Shown in pieces: positions 27,237 through 40,733 of a DNA stretch of 64,000 nucleotides. Source of the stretch: Spongospora subterranea f. sp. subterranea (lineage: Eukaryota); assembly GCA_049724395.1 (NCBI GenBank), contig JAUGWO010000042.1:62001-126000 (forward strand), in the 5' to 3' direction. How positions within the stretch are numbered: position 1 is the first letter of the stretch; the number at the start of each line of letters is the position of its first letter. A model generated the notes under the pieces. The model had not been told where the DNA came from, made no database searches, and saw only the letters and a list, made by a program, of their open reading frames with translations. Position numbers and translations under genes: made by a program.

Positions 27237-28408
27237 ATGATACTCGATGTGTTCTCGCTCAATTCGGCCCTTTCCTATTTGGGATGCGAGGAGCGAGCCA
27301 CGCTGGCTGGGGTCTGTAGATCCTTCAACCAGGCCGTTAAAAGGTGCATGGAACGGGACCGTCGTTTGGCTAGATCGCTAGCGCTTGAAAGGACGATTGG
27401 CGCTCCAGGAACGTCACCTTTCGGATTCGGTATGGTTCATCGGAAGAACGGCATCGAGAGTGTTTGTGTAGTGTATAGGAAGCAAAAAGCGTGGTACAAT
27501 GCAGGATCTGGAACAGAGGTCACTCGAGACAATTTCAGAGCATATCCCCTCCATGTTCGGGCAGTTGGCGTCGGCGATATGGCGAAGTGCCTTGCGGTCA
27601 TGTTCAACGATTCCCAAGGCGAGGCGATTGTTTGCGATGCAGCAACTGGTTGCATTATTCAGAAGTTCCTCCTGCGGGAGTTGCGAGGCCTGTGCTGGCC
27701 CATTGCTCTATCGCCGTGCGGGCGATGGCTGGCATTCCCCTTTAGGAACTCGGTCGTCAATATATCGGCAATCTCGCTACAGGAAAGTTCGTGGCACTCG
27801 ATGCTCCTGCAGATTTCCGCCCACGTGGTGCTGGGTTTTCCAGAGATGGCAAACAAATACTGATATCTGGGATCCTGTCGACCTCAGCTGTTAAACGAAT
27901 CACTCTCAGCCTTTATGATATAACGACACAGGAGTTGATCCTCGATATGGTATTCGATGGAGGCCATCAGCTACCATGTCGTGAAGGATTCATTGAGTTC
28001 TCTCCCAGCGGTCGGTTAGTCGTGCTACCAACCAGGACGTCGATCGCCATTGTCAACATATTCCAGAAGCGGATCGTGTATATGCTCAGGACGCGATCAT
28101 TGCATAGCCATGACATCAAGACAAACCCTCACCATCTTAAACCTTTCGATAACCAGTTCGCCACATTCTCGGCGAACGGGTCATGGGTTGTGACTACTAG
28201 GGAAAAACGTGGCTGGCTACAGATCTGGGATCTAACAACGGGGCAAGAACTGTTTGCCATAAACGGTGGACATTATTGGGCATGGCCACTTGCCAGTGGT
28301 GGTCTACTAACTTGCCTGCGAAGTGCAAACGGATGGCAAATGGCATTGCTGAAATCAAAGCGCTTGCCAACAAAGAGAAAAACTTTACACAGTAACAAAA
28401 ATTACTAA
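27237..28408 (+). pseudogene. F-box + WD40-like beta-propeller gene with a frameshift near 27760 (pseudogene or assembly indel)
   Basis: F-box-like LSYLGCEERATLAGVCRSFNQAV; repeats ALSPCGRWLA, FSRDGKQIL, FSPSGRLVV, FSANGSWVV, QIWDLTTG split over two overlapping frames; no frame-restoring intron found. Confidence 0.65.
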
Positions 28409-28460
28409 AAAACATAAAGCCTAAAGAGAAGATTGATCTTGTATTGAGAAAACAGTGATC

Positions 28461-30624
28461 TTAGGATCGAGCAATTTTGAAAACTTGTTCGGTCAACGGG
28501 TTTGAGTGTGGTGAAACACTCTGTAATGGAATACTGCCATCTTTTACCAGCACGGAGAGAAACTCGCCAAATCGCTTGGGGGCGATTGGTAAATCGACAA
28601 CCAAATCCGGTAGATATTGCAAAACTTCTTGGATGCTGCGGTAAAGTTAGGAACAAATGAAACCATTTTCGCAAGGGGCAGTTACGTACGATTTTTCAAT
28701 ATCGGAGGCTGATATTTGCTGGATCTTACGAAGCTGGCATATTAATGAAGCAGCATTCGCCCGAACCACTTGCTCATTAGCCTCCATCGCCTCGTTAATG
28801 CTTGTGGACACGACCGCCACATTGCGCATTGTGTTATTACCGGCCTGCGACAACTCTTCCATACACGTCATCGCTTCTTTGATATCAGCGATACGAAGGA
28901 ATTCGCGAACCAATGACTGAACGCCTTTGGTCATCTTCTCCTCACTAATGGCGGGAACCGTCTTAGATGGCGCAGAAGATGGAACGGTATGTGGTTGAGC
29001 AGCGCCGTTCGCTTTCTTTGATGGAGTATCATAACGTCTGGCCAGCTCTGAATCACTCAATGCAGGGGATGTGGCTTGAGCTTGAGCCCTTGCATAACGA
29101 TCCGTATAGCGAGGCGTGCGAGTGGAACCAACAGGCCGCGATGCAAATGTAGCAGGCATACGAGCGGCCACACCAACCATATCATCCTGCAGGAGATTAT
29201 CCCTCATCTGCTGCCTAAATGGCTCTTCCTTCGCCCGAAAATCATCGATCTTCATTGCTTCTTGCTTCTTTCGACGGGGAACCCATCCAGAAGATCGCAG
29301 CTCGAGTATTTCGCGAACCAAAAACCTCGTACGAGAATCCAACTGAGGGAATTAGATAAGATATCTTATCTAATGAAACATTCTGCAACAATTTACCTCA
29401 CAACTTGAAGGGCTCATGTTGGAAATGACAGTAAGTCTTTGGAAAATCTCTCTGACCTGGTTTTGCCCGGTCTTGACAGTGGTTGCGTCCAAAGCAGCGC
29501 CTGTTACTTCCAATAATGTGCAAACTGCTTCAAGATGATCAGAGCGTAACCCGGCTGATAGCTGCCGAGAGCAGTAGATAATAACTGATAGATTAAGCAT
29601 ATTCTTGTTAAATAACTCTCCAATGAACTTCATATTCCCAAGAAGGCGGTGGCGCTGCTTGAGCCGCAGCATTTCAGCTGCTGGGCCGGTTGGAGCAGCC
29701 GGGGTCGCTGTCGGCAACACTGCAAGGTACGCTTTCTCAAATTCGCTTTGGCACATCGACAGCATTACTGATTTGAAGGTCATCGACTTGTTCTGATTCT
29801 CTGCATGATCAGCAGGAATAGCTGGAATCTTTTCGGACAGAAGAACGACAAGGTTAGGATACATATCTCCAAAACTCATCTCATCCAGCGCCTTGTCAAA
29901 CACAAGCTGAACTGCTTCTCGCAGCTCAACTAACGTTGGACACCCAGATAAAACCAGGTTAATGAACTGAACTGAAAGCTGATCGAACTTGTCAACGGTG
30001 AGCTTGTTCAGAATACCCTACAAGGCGCGGTCGATCAAGAACATGGGTCGATTATCAACACGAATATAATACCTTGAGCTTCTTGATTGTGTTGGCAAAA
30101 CCTGTGCTGGCTTGGGGTCTCCAGCGATTTTGGGACAACGGAAGAGGAGCCACTGTTGATTCTGACTCTTGTTCCGATGTCATTGGGCCCTCCATTGACT
30201 TTGTGATTTTTACTTTCAGTTTGGATCTCTTTGGATCAGATGAAGACGTATGAGATGACGAGGGAGACGATGTCCGTAATCCCCATGTTAAAGTGTCATC
30301 GGCACCTGATTCTACACAGGACACATCCGGCAGGTCTTTAGGACAGAGAGCGTATTTGGTTCTCAATGCCAACAGGTCATCGATGCTGTAAGACTTTCTT
30401 GATGACAAACTCTGGAAATACCCTCGACCTGCAAATCCAGAGGTCAGACCCGCCATTCCAATAGACATTACACAATATCACAATATAAAATATAGACCTT
30501 GAGCAACTGGAGTTGGCGCAACCGGTACAGATGGTCCAGCAACTCTGGCCCTAGCGCGAAGCAGGGAAGTTGGGCGAAGAGGGAACAGCTCAGGCGGAGC
30601 CGAAGCAGTTGCAGAGAGCGACAT
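28461..30624 (-). CDS. eIF4G-like translation initiation factor (eIF4E-binding motif, MIF4G, MA3)
   Basis: YSIDDLL (YxxxxL-phi), GILNKLTVDKFD, FDKALDEMSFGDMY, LGNMKFIGEL, SRTRFLVREILELRSSGWVPR, MA3 SLVREFLRIADIKEA. Confidence 0.9.
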
Positions 30625-30899
30625 TGAACGACAGTGAGATGAGGCCTAGTGGAAGCGGTTTCACAGATGGCGACAAAACGCCGTGGCGCAATAATCGAAT
30701 GAGCCAGTGCTGCTGTGTATTGTAAACCCCCTCCTCCGTCCGTTGTCCCAGACAATATATACACGTATGTGTATATATACGTGACCTGCTCTGGTTCTGG
30801 ACAAAGGGGAGAAAGGGACAGACATAAGTGGAGTTACGAGGATCATTCGAGATTATCGCCACACACAAGGGTCGTTCGGGGATCACACTACGATTGATC

Positions 30900-31587
30900 A
30901 TGGGGGATGCAGAGACAGATTCAATTCTGCGAAATAGATTTCCTGATCATGGACAGGTCCATGATCAGGATAAAGCTAAACCCAGTAGACGAAAACGTGC
31001 GTCCTGCTTTGGGAGTCTAGCGATATCATCTATCGCGGCGACCTTCACCGTTGCGATCTTCATAATTGTTCTATATAAGGGGCGTAGTGATTCCAGATAT
31101 CCATGGCCAACACCACATTTATTCACAAGGGAGGAACTCTCTCGTACGATGATGGCAGAACTGATCACAATGGGATATACTAAATAGCGATAGAATATGA
31201 TGGGTCCAACGGTGGCAAACTAATTCTATTATCGATATTGGGTCATGTATACGATGTTAGCGCTGCACCACAATTCTATGGCCCCGAAGGATCATATAGG
31301 TATTGTCACCTATCGCCACCATCACTCTCGTTTCCACCGATCTCATGCTCTGTGTCGCCGTCATCAGGTTTTTCAGTGGCAAAGACGCGTCAAGATCATT
31401 CGTCGATGGATGCTTCAGAGATGAGTGTTTTGACCCTGAAAAATCGCTAAGCGGAATGACGGAGAAGGAGATCGAGTCGTTGCAGGAATGGAAGGAGTTC
31501 TATGATAAAGACTCGAAATATGTTTTCGTTGGGACCCTTTCTGGATGGGAAATGGGTCAAATCGCCAAAGATGGGACATCAATCTGA
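30900..31587 (+). CDS. Cytochrome b5-like heme/steroid-binding (MAPR family) protein
   Basis: TM helix then FTREELS, ILGHVYDVS, YGPEGSY, FSGKDASRSF, WKEFYDK..KYVFVGTL. Confidence 0.9.
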
Positions 31588-31633
31588 TTCAATAAATGTG
31601 TCAGTTAGTGATATCGAGTTCCATTGATCATAA

Positions 31634-33685
31634 ATGGGTACTGGACTCGATGATCAGGTCACTATTGCCAACCACCATCAATCAGAATATCAGACCACGC
31701 CCCACACCCAATTACTGAACTGTTCAATCCAGGACCGTATTGAACTGCTCAAACACAAGATCGCGTCGAGGTCGTGGTCCGTTCACCAATATGATATTGT
31801 TGGGGCTATTGCAGATCCAGTTAAGAGTTTGGACAATGGGGAAATGACGAAAGAGGTTGACCCTAAACGGGTGATGAATCCCGATATGGGTATCGCTGAA
31901 CCTCCTGATGATGATGATGATGGTGGTGGCGGTATCACATCGTTATCGCCAGTATATACCTGTAGAGATGGGGATCAGGACCAGGATTATAGGTCCTATG
32001 ATAGGTCGGATGACCTGGTTATGAGATGGACATATATCCATCGCAACGCCCTACGATGTTTGGCGTGTGAAGATGATCATGTTCAGCGGATACTATCGGG
32101 ATGGGACAGGATTCAATCCCTGATCCTGTATCAGACCGGTCGCCACGCCCTGTCCCTTCACCTCAATACCGATCGCCCATTCGACGTGATCATGATCACG
32201 GCTGATCCTGTCGATATGTCGGCCATTGGTCTCGTTCAACAGCTCCGATCCCAATCATATCGTGGAGTTATCATCGTATACGCTCCTTGTGATCGCCCAT
32301 CCCCTGTTAAACCCTTTCACGACGCTGGCGCTTATCTGTTCTACCCATCATCGTTCAGGTAAACATCACCTGGCGCCATTCTTAACACTCCCATCATCAT
32401 CTTCTTATCAGTGTCCAATCGTTGAACAACTCCATCGAGATCCATAACGATATTCGGGATCATCGTTGGAAATCTAACGGGTCGACCCTGGATTTACGTC
32501 CTGATCTCTTCATCAACAATGTTATTCGTTCGTTGTCGTGTTCAGCGCCTCCTATATCGACCGTTTTAGTTAAACTATTGGTCTCCGAACCGTTCCAAAC
32601 CCTCGTTCGATCCGCGTTCGGGTTCATATTCGCCCGACACTTTCAGCGCGATTCCGTCGAGATTCAATCAGGATTAGTTTGTGATATGTCGTCGTCGTTT
32701 ACCTATATCGCTGTTCACATTGACGATATGACCGGATTGGGATCGGCTGCTCGTAATCGCCCTATCTATACAGCAAAAAAAAGGGATCGACTATTGCAAC
32801 AAATCCCCATTATCGTTGGGGAATGTGTTTTTGCCTACATGGACAGTATATTTTACCATCAAACACCACATCTATTCAATAACCAGTTCTATAGATCAAT
32901 ATTACACGATATAGGTTTGGACGGTTTTTCTCGACAGTTCTGCACTCGATTCCTGACCAACTTCTGCTTGTGTGAGTAGTTTTCCTGTTATCTGGAGCGA
33001 TTCATACAGATTCATCGTTAGAGAAACAGGTATCAGATTTGTTCAAGATTCCCTTACTAGATCAGGTAAAAAAACGGGATTCTGGGCCAGTTCTGCCGGT
33101 GATGATCGTGCTGAATGTTGATCAGATGCACCGGCTGTTTCTAATGGATCTGTATCTGGACAATACGGGTCTGATCCCAAACCAGTCGACCCTGGTCAAG
33201 TTGGTCGATAGCTTCAACCAGGATCGGGATCGGATCATGAGAACGAACGGCGATCCCGTGGATTGACATGTGAAATGGTCAATTCCCTCTCTGACGATTG
33301 GGATATGGACGATGGCCAGCCCTTCAACCCTAATCGAACCCCATTCCGATCGGCAACCCATCCCGACCAGGTTCGCTTCAATAACGCCCGCATATCGCCA
33401 GCGCTGCAGCTGTATCTCCATCGTACCAACTCGGCCCCGTTTGGCCATCGGCCACAGCACCGAACGTGGGACGCGATTCGGTCCAGTGGGCGGCGGTTGT
33501 CGGCCGATATTCTCAGGCACGATTCCGGCAACGACACCATCACAAGGCGATTATTATCGCATCGCCAACCGACACCCCAAAACCACACCGATTTGACGAT
33601 CCGTAAACGGGTCGGGCAATATCTGGCGACAGTTAAAACACGACGGGAAATGACCGCCATTATTCGAACTATTGTCGACTATTAA
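31634..33685 (+). CDS. Protein with pseudo-receiver domain and FAM227 (FWWh)-like region
   Basis: LRCLACEDD...FDVIMIT...QQLRSQSYRGVII...AGA receiver-like pattern; AFGFIFARHF...KRDRLLQQIP..F.N.F and ISPALQLYL resemble FAM227; exon structure of the 3' part uncertain. Confidence 0.5.
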
Positions 33686-33721
33686 ACTCAATGAATCAAT
33701 CGTTTATTTATGTAAAGAGAT

Positions 33722-35300
33722 TTAGAGGTCGGAGTCCTTAACGAACTCGATCTTATTGGCAATTGTCTCGAGATTCTTGATCATCTCCATATTTGTGCTC
33801 ATCAGGCCATTGAAATCAGCGATCTTGAATTTCTCGATGGACGAGCGCAGGTCGACCTTGGTCTTTAGCCTTTGGGACAATACCTGGGCTTTATCCCGAT
33901 CGCATATCGCCGACTCCAACTGTTTCTTCATATCGTCCACAGTCCGATTAACATCGGCGAGTTGATCGTTCAGCATGTGCTTATCGGTTTCTAGCTGGAA
34001 AACGGTGCTGTTCAGCTTGACGATATCGCTTTCTAGCGCTTCTAGACCCGATCTAGCTGCTAAATTGTCGTTGAGTAGATCGGCGTTCTCCTCCGCCATC
34101 AGCGCATTAGATCGCCTTAGCTGACTCAGCTCCTCCTCCAGCGTTTGAACCCGTTTCGCGCCGTTATTGGCTTCATCTTCTAAATCCTGTACCTGATGCC
34201 GTAATGACGCCAGTTCGTCATTCCACTTCTGCGCTCGTCGTGTCGAATCATCGTTCGGATCTCTCCGTTTCTGTCTCGATTGCGATGATAACAGCTGGAC
34301 TTTCAACTGGGCAATCTCCTTCAGATATTCGTCGCACTGCTGTTGGCGTCGTTCATAGGCCGCCTCGGTCGACTGCTTGTCCAGCTCCATTCTCTTGATT
34401 GTCAATCGCAGATCTTCGACCTCAGCCAGATGGGTTTGATGCTGTTTCGACTCATCATCTTCGCTCCCAAATCTGGTTTGATATCGTTCCTGTAGTTCTA
34501 ACAGTCGACTCTCCGCTTCAACCAGCTTGGTCGCTTCCGACGCCTGCTTATCGCTCGCTGATTTCACAGCCGCTCGCGATCTATCAAGTTCAGATCGTAT
34601 TGTTTGCAATTCCACAGATCTCTCGACCCGTTCCAGTCGATGTTTCTCCTTCAACTGATCAACCTCTGATTGTTTCCGTTTGAAATTGGCCGAGACCGTC
34701 TCCAGTTGCTGTTGCAGTTCGATAATCGCTCGTACCCGATTGGCTTTATCGCTATCGGATCTGGCTGCCAGGTTGGCTATCTCCGATTCATGATTTCGTC
34801 CCGTTTCCCTATACCTCGCCAGATCCACCAATAGATTTTGGTTCTCCAGCGATAGGTCGTCGTTCGATTTACGCAGAACGCTCATCTGTTGCTCAAACTG
34901 ATCTTCTAGCGTTTGATACTTGAGACGCGCTTCCCGTATATGTTCCTCGAATCCGTTGTCGTTGTCTGAATTATTGGAATTTCCCTTTCTGTTGATATTT
35001 GGGTGATTGAATCCGTTCCTAGGCGGTGCCGCTTTTCCTTCATGGCCATCTCCCTCACGTAATAATCGCGCCTCCAGTTCCAGGAAGTATATCTGCTGCT
35101 GTAGATTGGTGATGTATTCTTTCTGGAGCGCGTCCTCGAGCGGTCTTTGCCCTATTCCCAATCAATATTCAGAATCATTGATCTGTAAGCCATAACTCAC
35201 AGCACCATGAGGCCTCGAATGGGATGTTCGGGCCGGATGAGGGTGCCGCCCTGCCCGATGCATTCAATTTAGCCGTCGCTTTCGCTGATCGCGGCGATGT
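33722..35300 (-). CDS. Long coiled-coil protein (possibly cilium/centrosome associated); start approximate
   Basis: 479-aa heptad-rich ORF beginning with EYITNLQQQIYFLELE. Confidence 0.7.
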
Positions 35301-35435
35301 ACGATGAACCAAGTTCAACGGCCATTAACAGCTCGTACTAAAACGATCGGTCCCAAAATCGAGAAGAAAATGGTGAGTTTAATTGACGATGATACATTGA
35401 CAAAAGAGAACTATTGTTTGGCAGGGACTTTTGGC

Positions 35436-37006
35436 TTATTGGCCCATTTGCGAACAAAGGGGCATGAACTCGATTCCGCCCATGAATGGCTGTAGAACCT
35501 CGGGAACCTTGACGCCGGTCTCCGTCTGGTAATTCTCCAAAATGCAGCAGATCGTACGTTCTGTCGCAGTCAGGGTTGCGTTCAACATATGGGCGTAAAC
35601 CTTGCGGGTATCCTTGGCGTCTTTCTGTCCAAGTCGAGTCTCCATTGCTCTCGACTGGTAATCGGTACAGTTTGAGCACGACACCAATTCACGGAATAGA
35701 CCAAGGGTGGGGAACCACGCCTCCAAATCGTATTTCTTGGCCGCTGCATTGTTCAACGCCCCAGAGACGATATTCACGACACGATAGGAGAGCCCGAGGG
35801 ATTGGTAGAATTCCTCAGCTGAACCGATCATTTCCTCCATCGTCTCCCAGGATTTCTCCGGCTCTGTCACGACGAACTGCTCAACCTTTTCGAACTGATG
35901 GACCCGGAATATGCCCCAGGCATCGCGACCATGAGAGCCAGCCTAGAAAGGGATTAGCCTAATTGGATATGAGATACAGTAAAGCAGGAGATGGCATTAC
36001 TTCACGCCTGAAGCAGGTTGAGACACCGGCATATTTCAGAGGGAGGTCTTTCGGGTTTAGCCATTTGTTCCGATTCAGGGCCGAGATAGGTTGCTCAGAG
36101 GTGGCGATCAGGTATTTAACATTGGTATCATCGTCGTGACCAACAACCTTATAAAGTGCTTCATGAAACTCTTCAAGCTGAGCTGTCTCGGCCATGACCT
36201 CTTGGTTCATGAAATAGGGTGGCTGAATAGGTGTGTCTATGAAAGATAGTAAGATTTTCACCCCAATCGAAGGTACTTGATTGCACAAAACTGACATTGT
36301 TTCTTCATGAGAAACGAGAGCCCATAATTGATTAAGGCCTGGTTCAACAGGACAGCTGGACCAGTGAGAAAATAGGCACGATGGCCGGCAACATCAGCTC
36401 CAGCTTCAGGCTCATATCCTCCGATCTGGTAGAGTAATTCGTGATGATGCAAAAACCATGGAAGGGTCTCCTGTTGATCCCCAAATGTCCTCACGATTGC
36501 GTTGTCATCTTCGTTATTACTGACAGGAACACTATTCACAACACTTTGAGAACCACCAAAACTTGACAATCAATCACATTATCAAACAGACCTATCATGA
36601 ACATAATTGCCAATGGTCTTGACGCGTTTCAACAAACCTTCAGCTAGCGCATCTCTCCTAAAGCAAGCTGTATTTAGATCGCACATCATCGGTTAACAAT
36701 CCGAATATAGAATGTCTCCTACCGGTTGGTGGCTTCTTGAACCATTCCTGGAAGAGCTTTACCTTTCTCCATTAGTTCACTGGCATCTTGATTCGCTTTT
36801 TTCAGAACACCAACTTCTTTCGAGATGATGTTGCGTTGTTTGAGTAAATTATCCACCTCAAAGGCGGCCTCACGCCATTTCTGGTCAACTGCAATGAGCT
36901 CATCGACCAGATCGACACTTTGAAAGCGACGTCGCAACAGTTCCCGAACTTTTGCAGAGTCGCCACCCGGCCGGTAATCGCGAATATCGTTAACGTCAAT
37001 TGGCAT
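35436..37006 (-). CDS. SARS: Cytosolic seryl-tRNA synthetase
   Basis: [92 protein letters not shown]. Confidence 0.97.
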
Positions 37007-37659
37007 GTTTTCTACAACACACAAAGCAACCCCGGGTGAGATCCAAATGGGTTCAGTCCGGACTTTGAACAATATTGTGGTACACTGGTGTTTTGATGCG
37101 TGACGCTATTTCACAGTCAATGCACTCTGAAATACGCCCAGTTGAGTTGACCATTTGCACTTTGCAGTGGCTGTACAGTGGAATCCTTGGCCGAATGGCC
37201 TTTCGCTGAAATCTGTCCAAACTGTGCCCCCCTCTGTTGGCAATTTTCACGCAATTTGTACGGAACATGGATGGTATATGGAACTGAATAGTGGGCTCTT
37301 CGATTTCGAGATTCTTGCCTCTTGAGCTTCGGACAATTGATAAAAGCGATGGTGCTACTACTGTACTTAAAACATCGTAGAGTTTACAACGTCTCGTTCA
37401 GCACTATTTCAGACCCTTACTAAGCAATGGTTAATAAACCGATTAATGGTAGAACGTTGATTCTGTTCTGATGTTAATATATGCGACCTTTTTGTAATCA
37501 AGACCCCGATATATTCGCCTACACCTCACACTAGGTCGACCATTCGGAGCGATATACCTGGCGTCTATACTGTATTGATACACATGACGGCAGAATATGT
37601 GTTACAATTGGCGCAGCAATCATGTTTCATTAGCCAGGGGCAGATACGTAAACAACTCA

Positions 37660-38118
37660 TCAGTTGTCCTGGTCGTCCTCATCGTTCCACATCTCCAGAA
37701 ATTCCTGCTTGCTATTCGACGGCAACGACTCCAGATAGGTTGTCAGGATTGCGTTGAGCCGTGACAGCGGCATCTCTTCGGCAGCCTGAATTGAGTAATG
37801 GTCCGAATGTTCATGGAACACGCAGAGCTCCTCGGGAAGTTTCGTATTTTGTTGCAGCCGGTACACCCTCGGCTCACCCTTGAAGTTCTCGAGGATGCTT
37901 ATCATATTAGGTCCAACGGGTCGCACGCTCATGCCGTTGGGTGTGTGGAAGGGCGAGTTCGGTGGCATCGGCATTACTAGACCGTCATGGAGCTTGAGGT
38001 CGAACGAGGTGCGATTCCTAGCCACTTGAACGGCGTGATCGCGAAGCGACACAGGAAGGCGCAATTGGATGCGGTATAATGTAATGGGTACAGATGTATA
38101 TCGCTTCATGGCTGCCAT
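37660..38118 (-). CDS. Tse2-like ADP-ribosyltransferase toxin domain protein (intronless)
   Basis: PITLYRIQ..VSLRD, PNGMSVRP, VYRLQQNTKLPEELCVFHEHSDHYSIQAAEEMPLSRLN recalled as the ADPRTs_Tse2 family pattern. Confidence 0.75.
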   Translation of the reverse strand: MAAMKRYTSVPITLYRIQLRLPVSLRDHAVQVARNRTSFDLKLHDGLVMPMPPNSPFHTPNGMSVRPVGPNMISILENFKGEPRVYRLQQNTKLPEELCVFHEHSDHYSIQAAEEMPLSRLNAILTTYLESLPSNSKQEFLEMWNDEDDQDN

Positions 38119-38783
38119 TTTATACGATGGAGGAGGAGACTGGGAGAAAACCCAGGTTTCTGGGTGGCGTCACTCAATGGCGGAGTGTACTGTACACCTC
38201 CATAGGAGAACCCGGTCAAGAAACGCGTTACGGACACACAGAAAATACACTTCATTTTAACGTGGCGTTGCAGAAAACCAAGAAGAAACAGATCACCTGA
38301 AATCATTGAATGTCATTTGATTCAGTCCATTCAACATCGTAAACTGACGTCAATAATCACGTTCTTTTCCACAGACGAACGCGATCAATTGTCTATCCGA
38401 ACTGATTTATTCACTGTCGACTGTTCGATAATACTGGCGACGGATAAAGCCTGAACGTCGTTGCTAGGCTACCATGACACGTCTATTCAAAGCGACCACA
38501 TATTATACACTGCGCAGCGTTCACGTTCATTCCCGTTAACACGACGTTTTAGGATGTTCTGATTAGGGCTTGGTTTGCCTGAAAAGGTTTGTCGTAGTCG
38601 CTTCGGGAATCTGAGACCACCTTAATTCCTTGAAGTGCGCAACGGCCAACGGTACCGGTAACATGGAGTAACCCTAACTGACCGAACATCAATTCCGTGA
38701 CGGACTTTTTAGCGTCGGCTGAACCTGAAGGTCAAAAAAGCCCAACGACTTTTTATTCTGCCGTTGCTGTAAACTCTATTAAT

Positions 38784-39791
38784 ATGCCATGCGTTTGCGA
38801 ACCAGCTTCTATAGACGGTTATGAGTATTCACAATGGATTGGCAGTCTTTTTGGTGCCTGGTATGTGTGTGCGATAACACCATTGACCTTCAACTCAATC
38901 ATCGGTTGTTTCAGCGCCTATAGTCCCATGGAGAAAACCGCCTATATATTTGGGTCAATTAGTTTGGTCACATGGCTTGTTGCCCTTCTTCCGCAAATAG
39001 TGTCCATTTACAAGAGCAAAACCGGCGCAGGAATATCTCGTACGTTCATTATGATCTGGTAAACGCGACAGGCACCTTTCCTGGTCGATCAGTGGTAGCT
39101 TTTATCTCAGATATAATCATACAGGATTTTTGGTGGATTGTGCATGTTTCTTGGAGGGCGGTTGACCAACACTCCCCTACCCATATCCTTATTGGGCTTA
39201 TACATCGTCATGAGCAATGTCGTCATTCTTTGCCAGATAATATACTACAGTCGTGTTGGGCCACATCGTGTCAAAAGTGTTCATGATGTCGGGCTGCCGA
39301 AAATGACGACGACGACCGCCACCACTACTTTATCAGCTGCTGCTCTTGTTCTCACTACCGGTTCCTGTATCTATTATGGGACCTCCTCTTTATCTCCATC
39401 TTCCCGAGTATTATTATCGCTTGTCAATCCCAATGCATGTGATTATCGTCCCGAGAGTTCATTACTGGTTCAGTATGTCGGTCTGATCATGGCCTGGGTA
39501 TCGGGTTTCATGTTCTTCTTTTCTCGTGTTCCCCAAATTTATCAGAATCACAAGGCGAAATCTGTTCAGGGCCTAAGTCTGAGTATGATGTCTCTCATAA
39601 TGTTCGGTAATATGACTTTGGGACTGCAGCTCCTTCTTGGCAATAACCAATCCCTTTATGATTTTCTCACCAAAACTACACCGTTCTTGATTGGATCGGT
39701 TGGTACAGTGTTTTGGGACTTCCTCATCCTGTTCCAGGCCGTTTTATACAACAAGAAAGCGAGGATCCCAATGAGTGGTTCTAAGTGTTGA
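38784..39791 (+). CDS. PQ-loop lysosomal/vacuolar amino-acid transporter (PQLC2/YPQ1-like)
   Basis: Two PQ motifs WLVALLPQIVSIYKSK and FSRVPQIYQNHKAKSVQGLS; PFLIGSVGT..WDFLILFQ. Confidence 0.9.
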
Positions 39792-40085
39792 TATCATTGT
39801 AAACTCATCACACTCGATTTGCATTATATAAATACCTATTGAGCCGAATACAGATATCGTATTTTCCATAATCATAAAAGGATTCCACATACTGTTGGCA
39901 CATCCCCACTCATGTTGTACCGGTTTCAGTGTCCCGGGCACTGACCATTTCCTATCTGGTAATCGGGATTTAGTGTAAAAGGTTGAGCGATAGTCTGAGC
40001 GCAGAGGATTTTGGCCAAGTCCGTCCGCTATATTATAGTGTGGTCGGCGGTTGGCGCTACGTCTGTCGCCAGTCTCCCAGCAGTA

Positions 40086-40598
40086 ATGGCGTCCATGACT
40101 CCCCGAGGCGTACGACCGCATCAGTTTTTCCTGTCGATATGCCGCTCTAATCCTGTTCCTTTAGGTGCGTCTGGCCCCAGATGTGCATCGCTGTATATAT
40201 GTTCGAAACCTGCCCTTTAATTTAACATCGGAAGAGCTGTATGATTTATTTGGGAAATACGGCGCGATCAGGCAGATTAGAAAGTGGGACAATCGATTTA
40301 TGCCAATTTCCAATATTTATCATGTGTTATCATCAGGGGCGTTGATTCAAATACAAGAGGTACCGCTTTTGTCGTCTATGAGGATATATTTGATGCCAAA
40401 AATGCATGTCAACATCTGTCTGGGTTCAATGTAAAAGGAAGGTTGGATTTTCTTCTTGAGTTTATTGTGTATTTTTCTGATATTGTGTTAAGATATATCA
40501 TTGTCCTCTACTATAGTGCAGAACGCCATAAAACGTCAACTGCTCGGCGTAAACAAGGCGATCAGGACCAGACTTTGTCGGATGCCGCTGATTTGTGA
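40086..40598 (+). CDS. SF3B6: Splicing factor 3B subunit 6 (p14)
   Basis: [74 protein letters not shown]. Confidence 0.96.
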
Positions 40599-40733
40599 TG
40601 TGCTCTCGTTTTTCCAACAACGAAATATAAATATTTTTTAACAACAAGTTTCGTCGCCATCAGTTTCGCCTCTCAACGATAGATGCATTTTGTTGTAATC
40701 GTACTCTGAAACGATCTACTTATGTGAGGGAGC

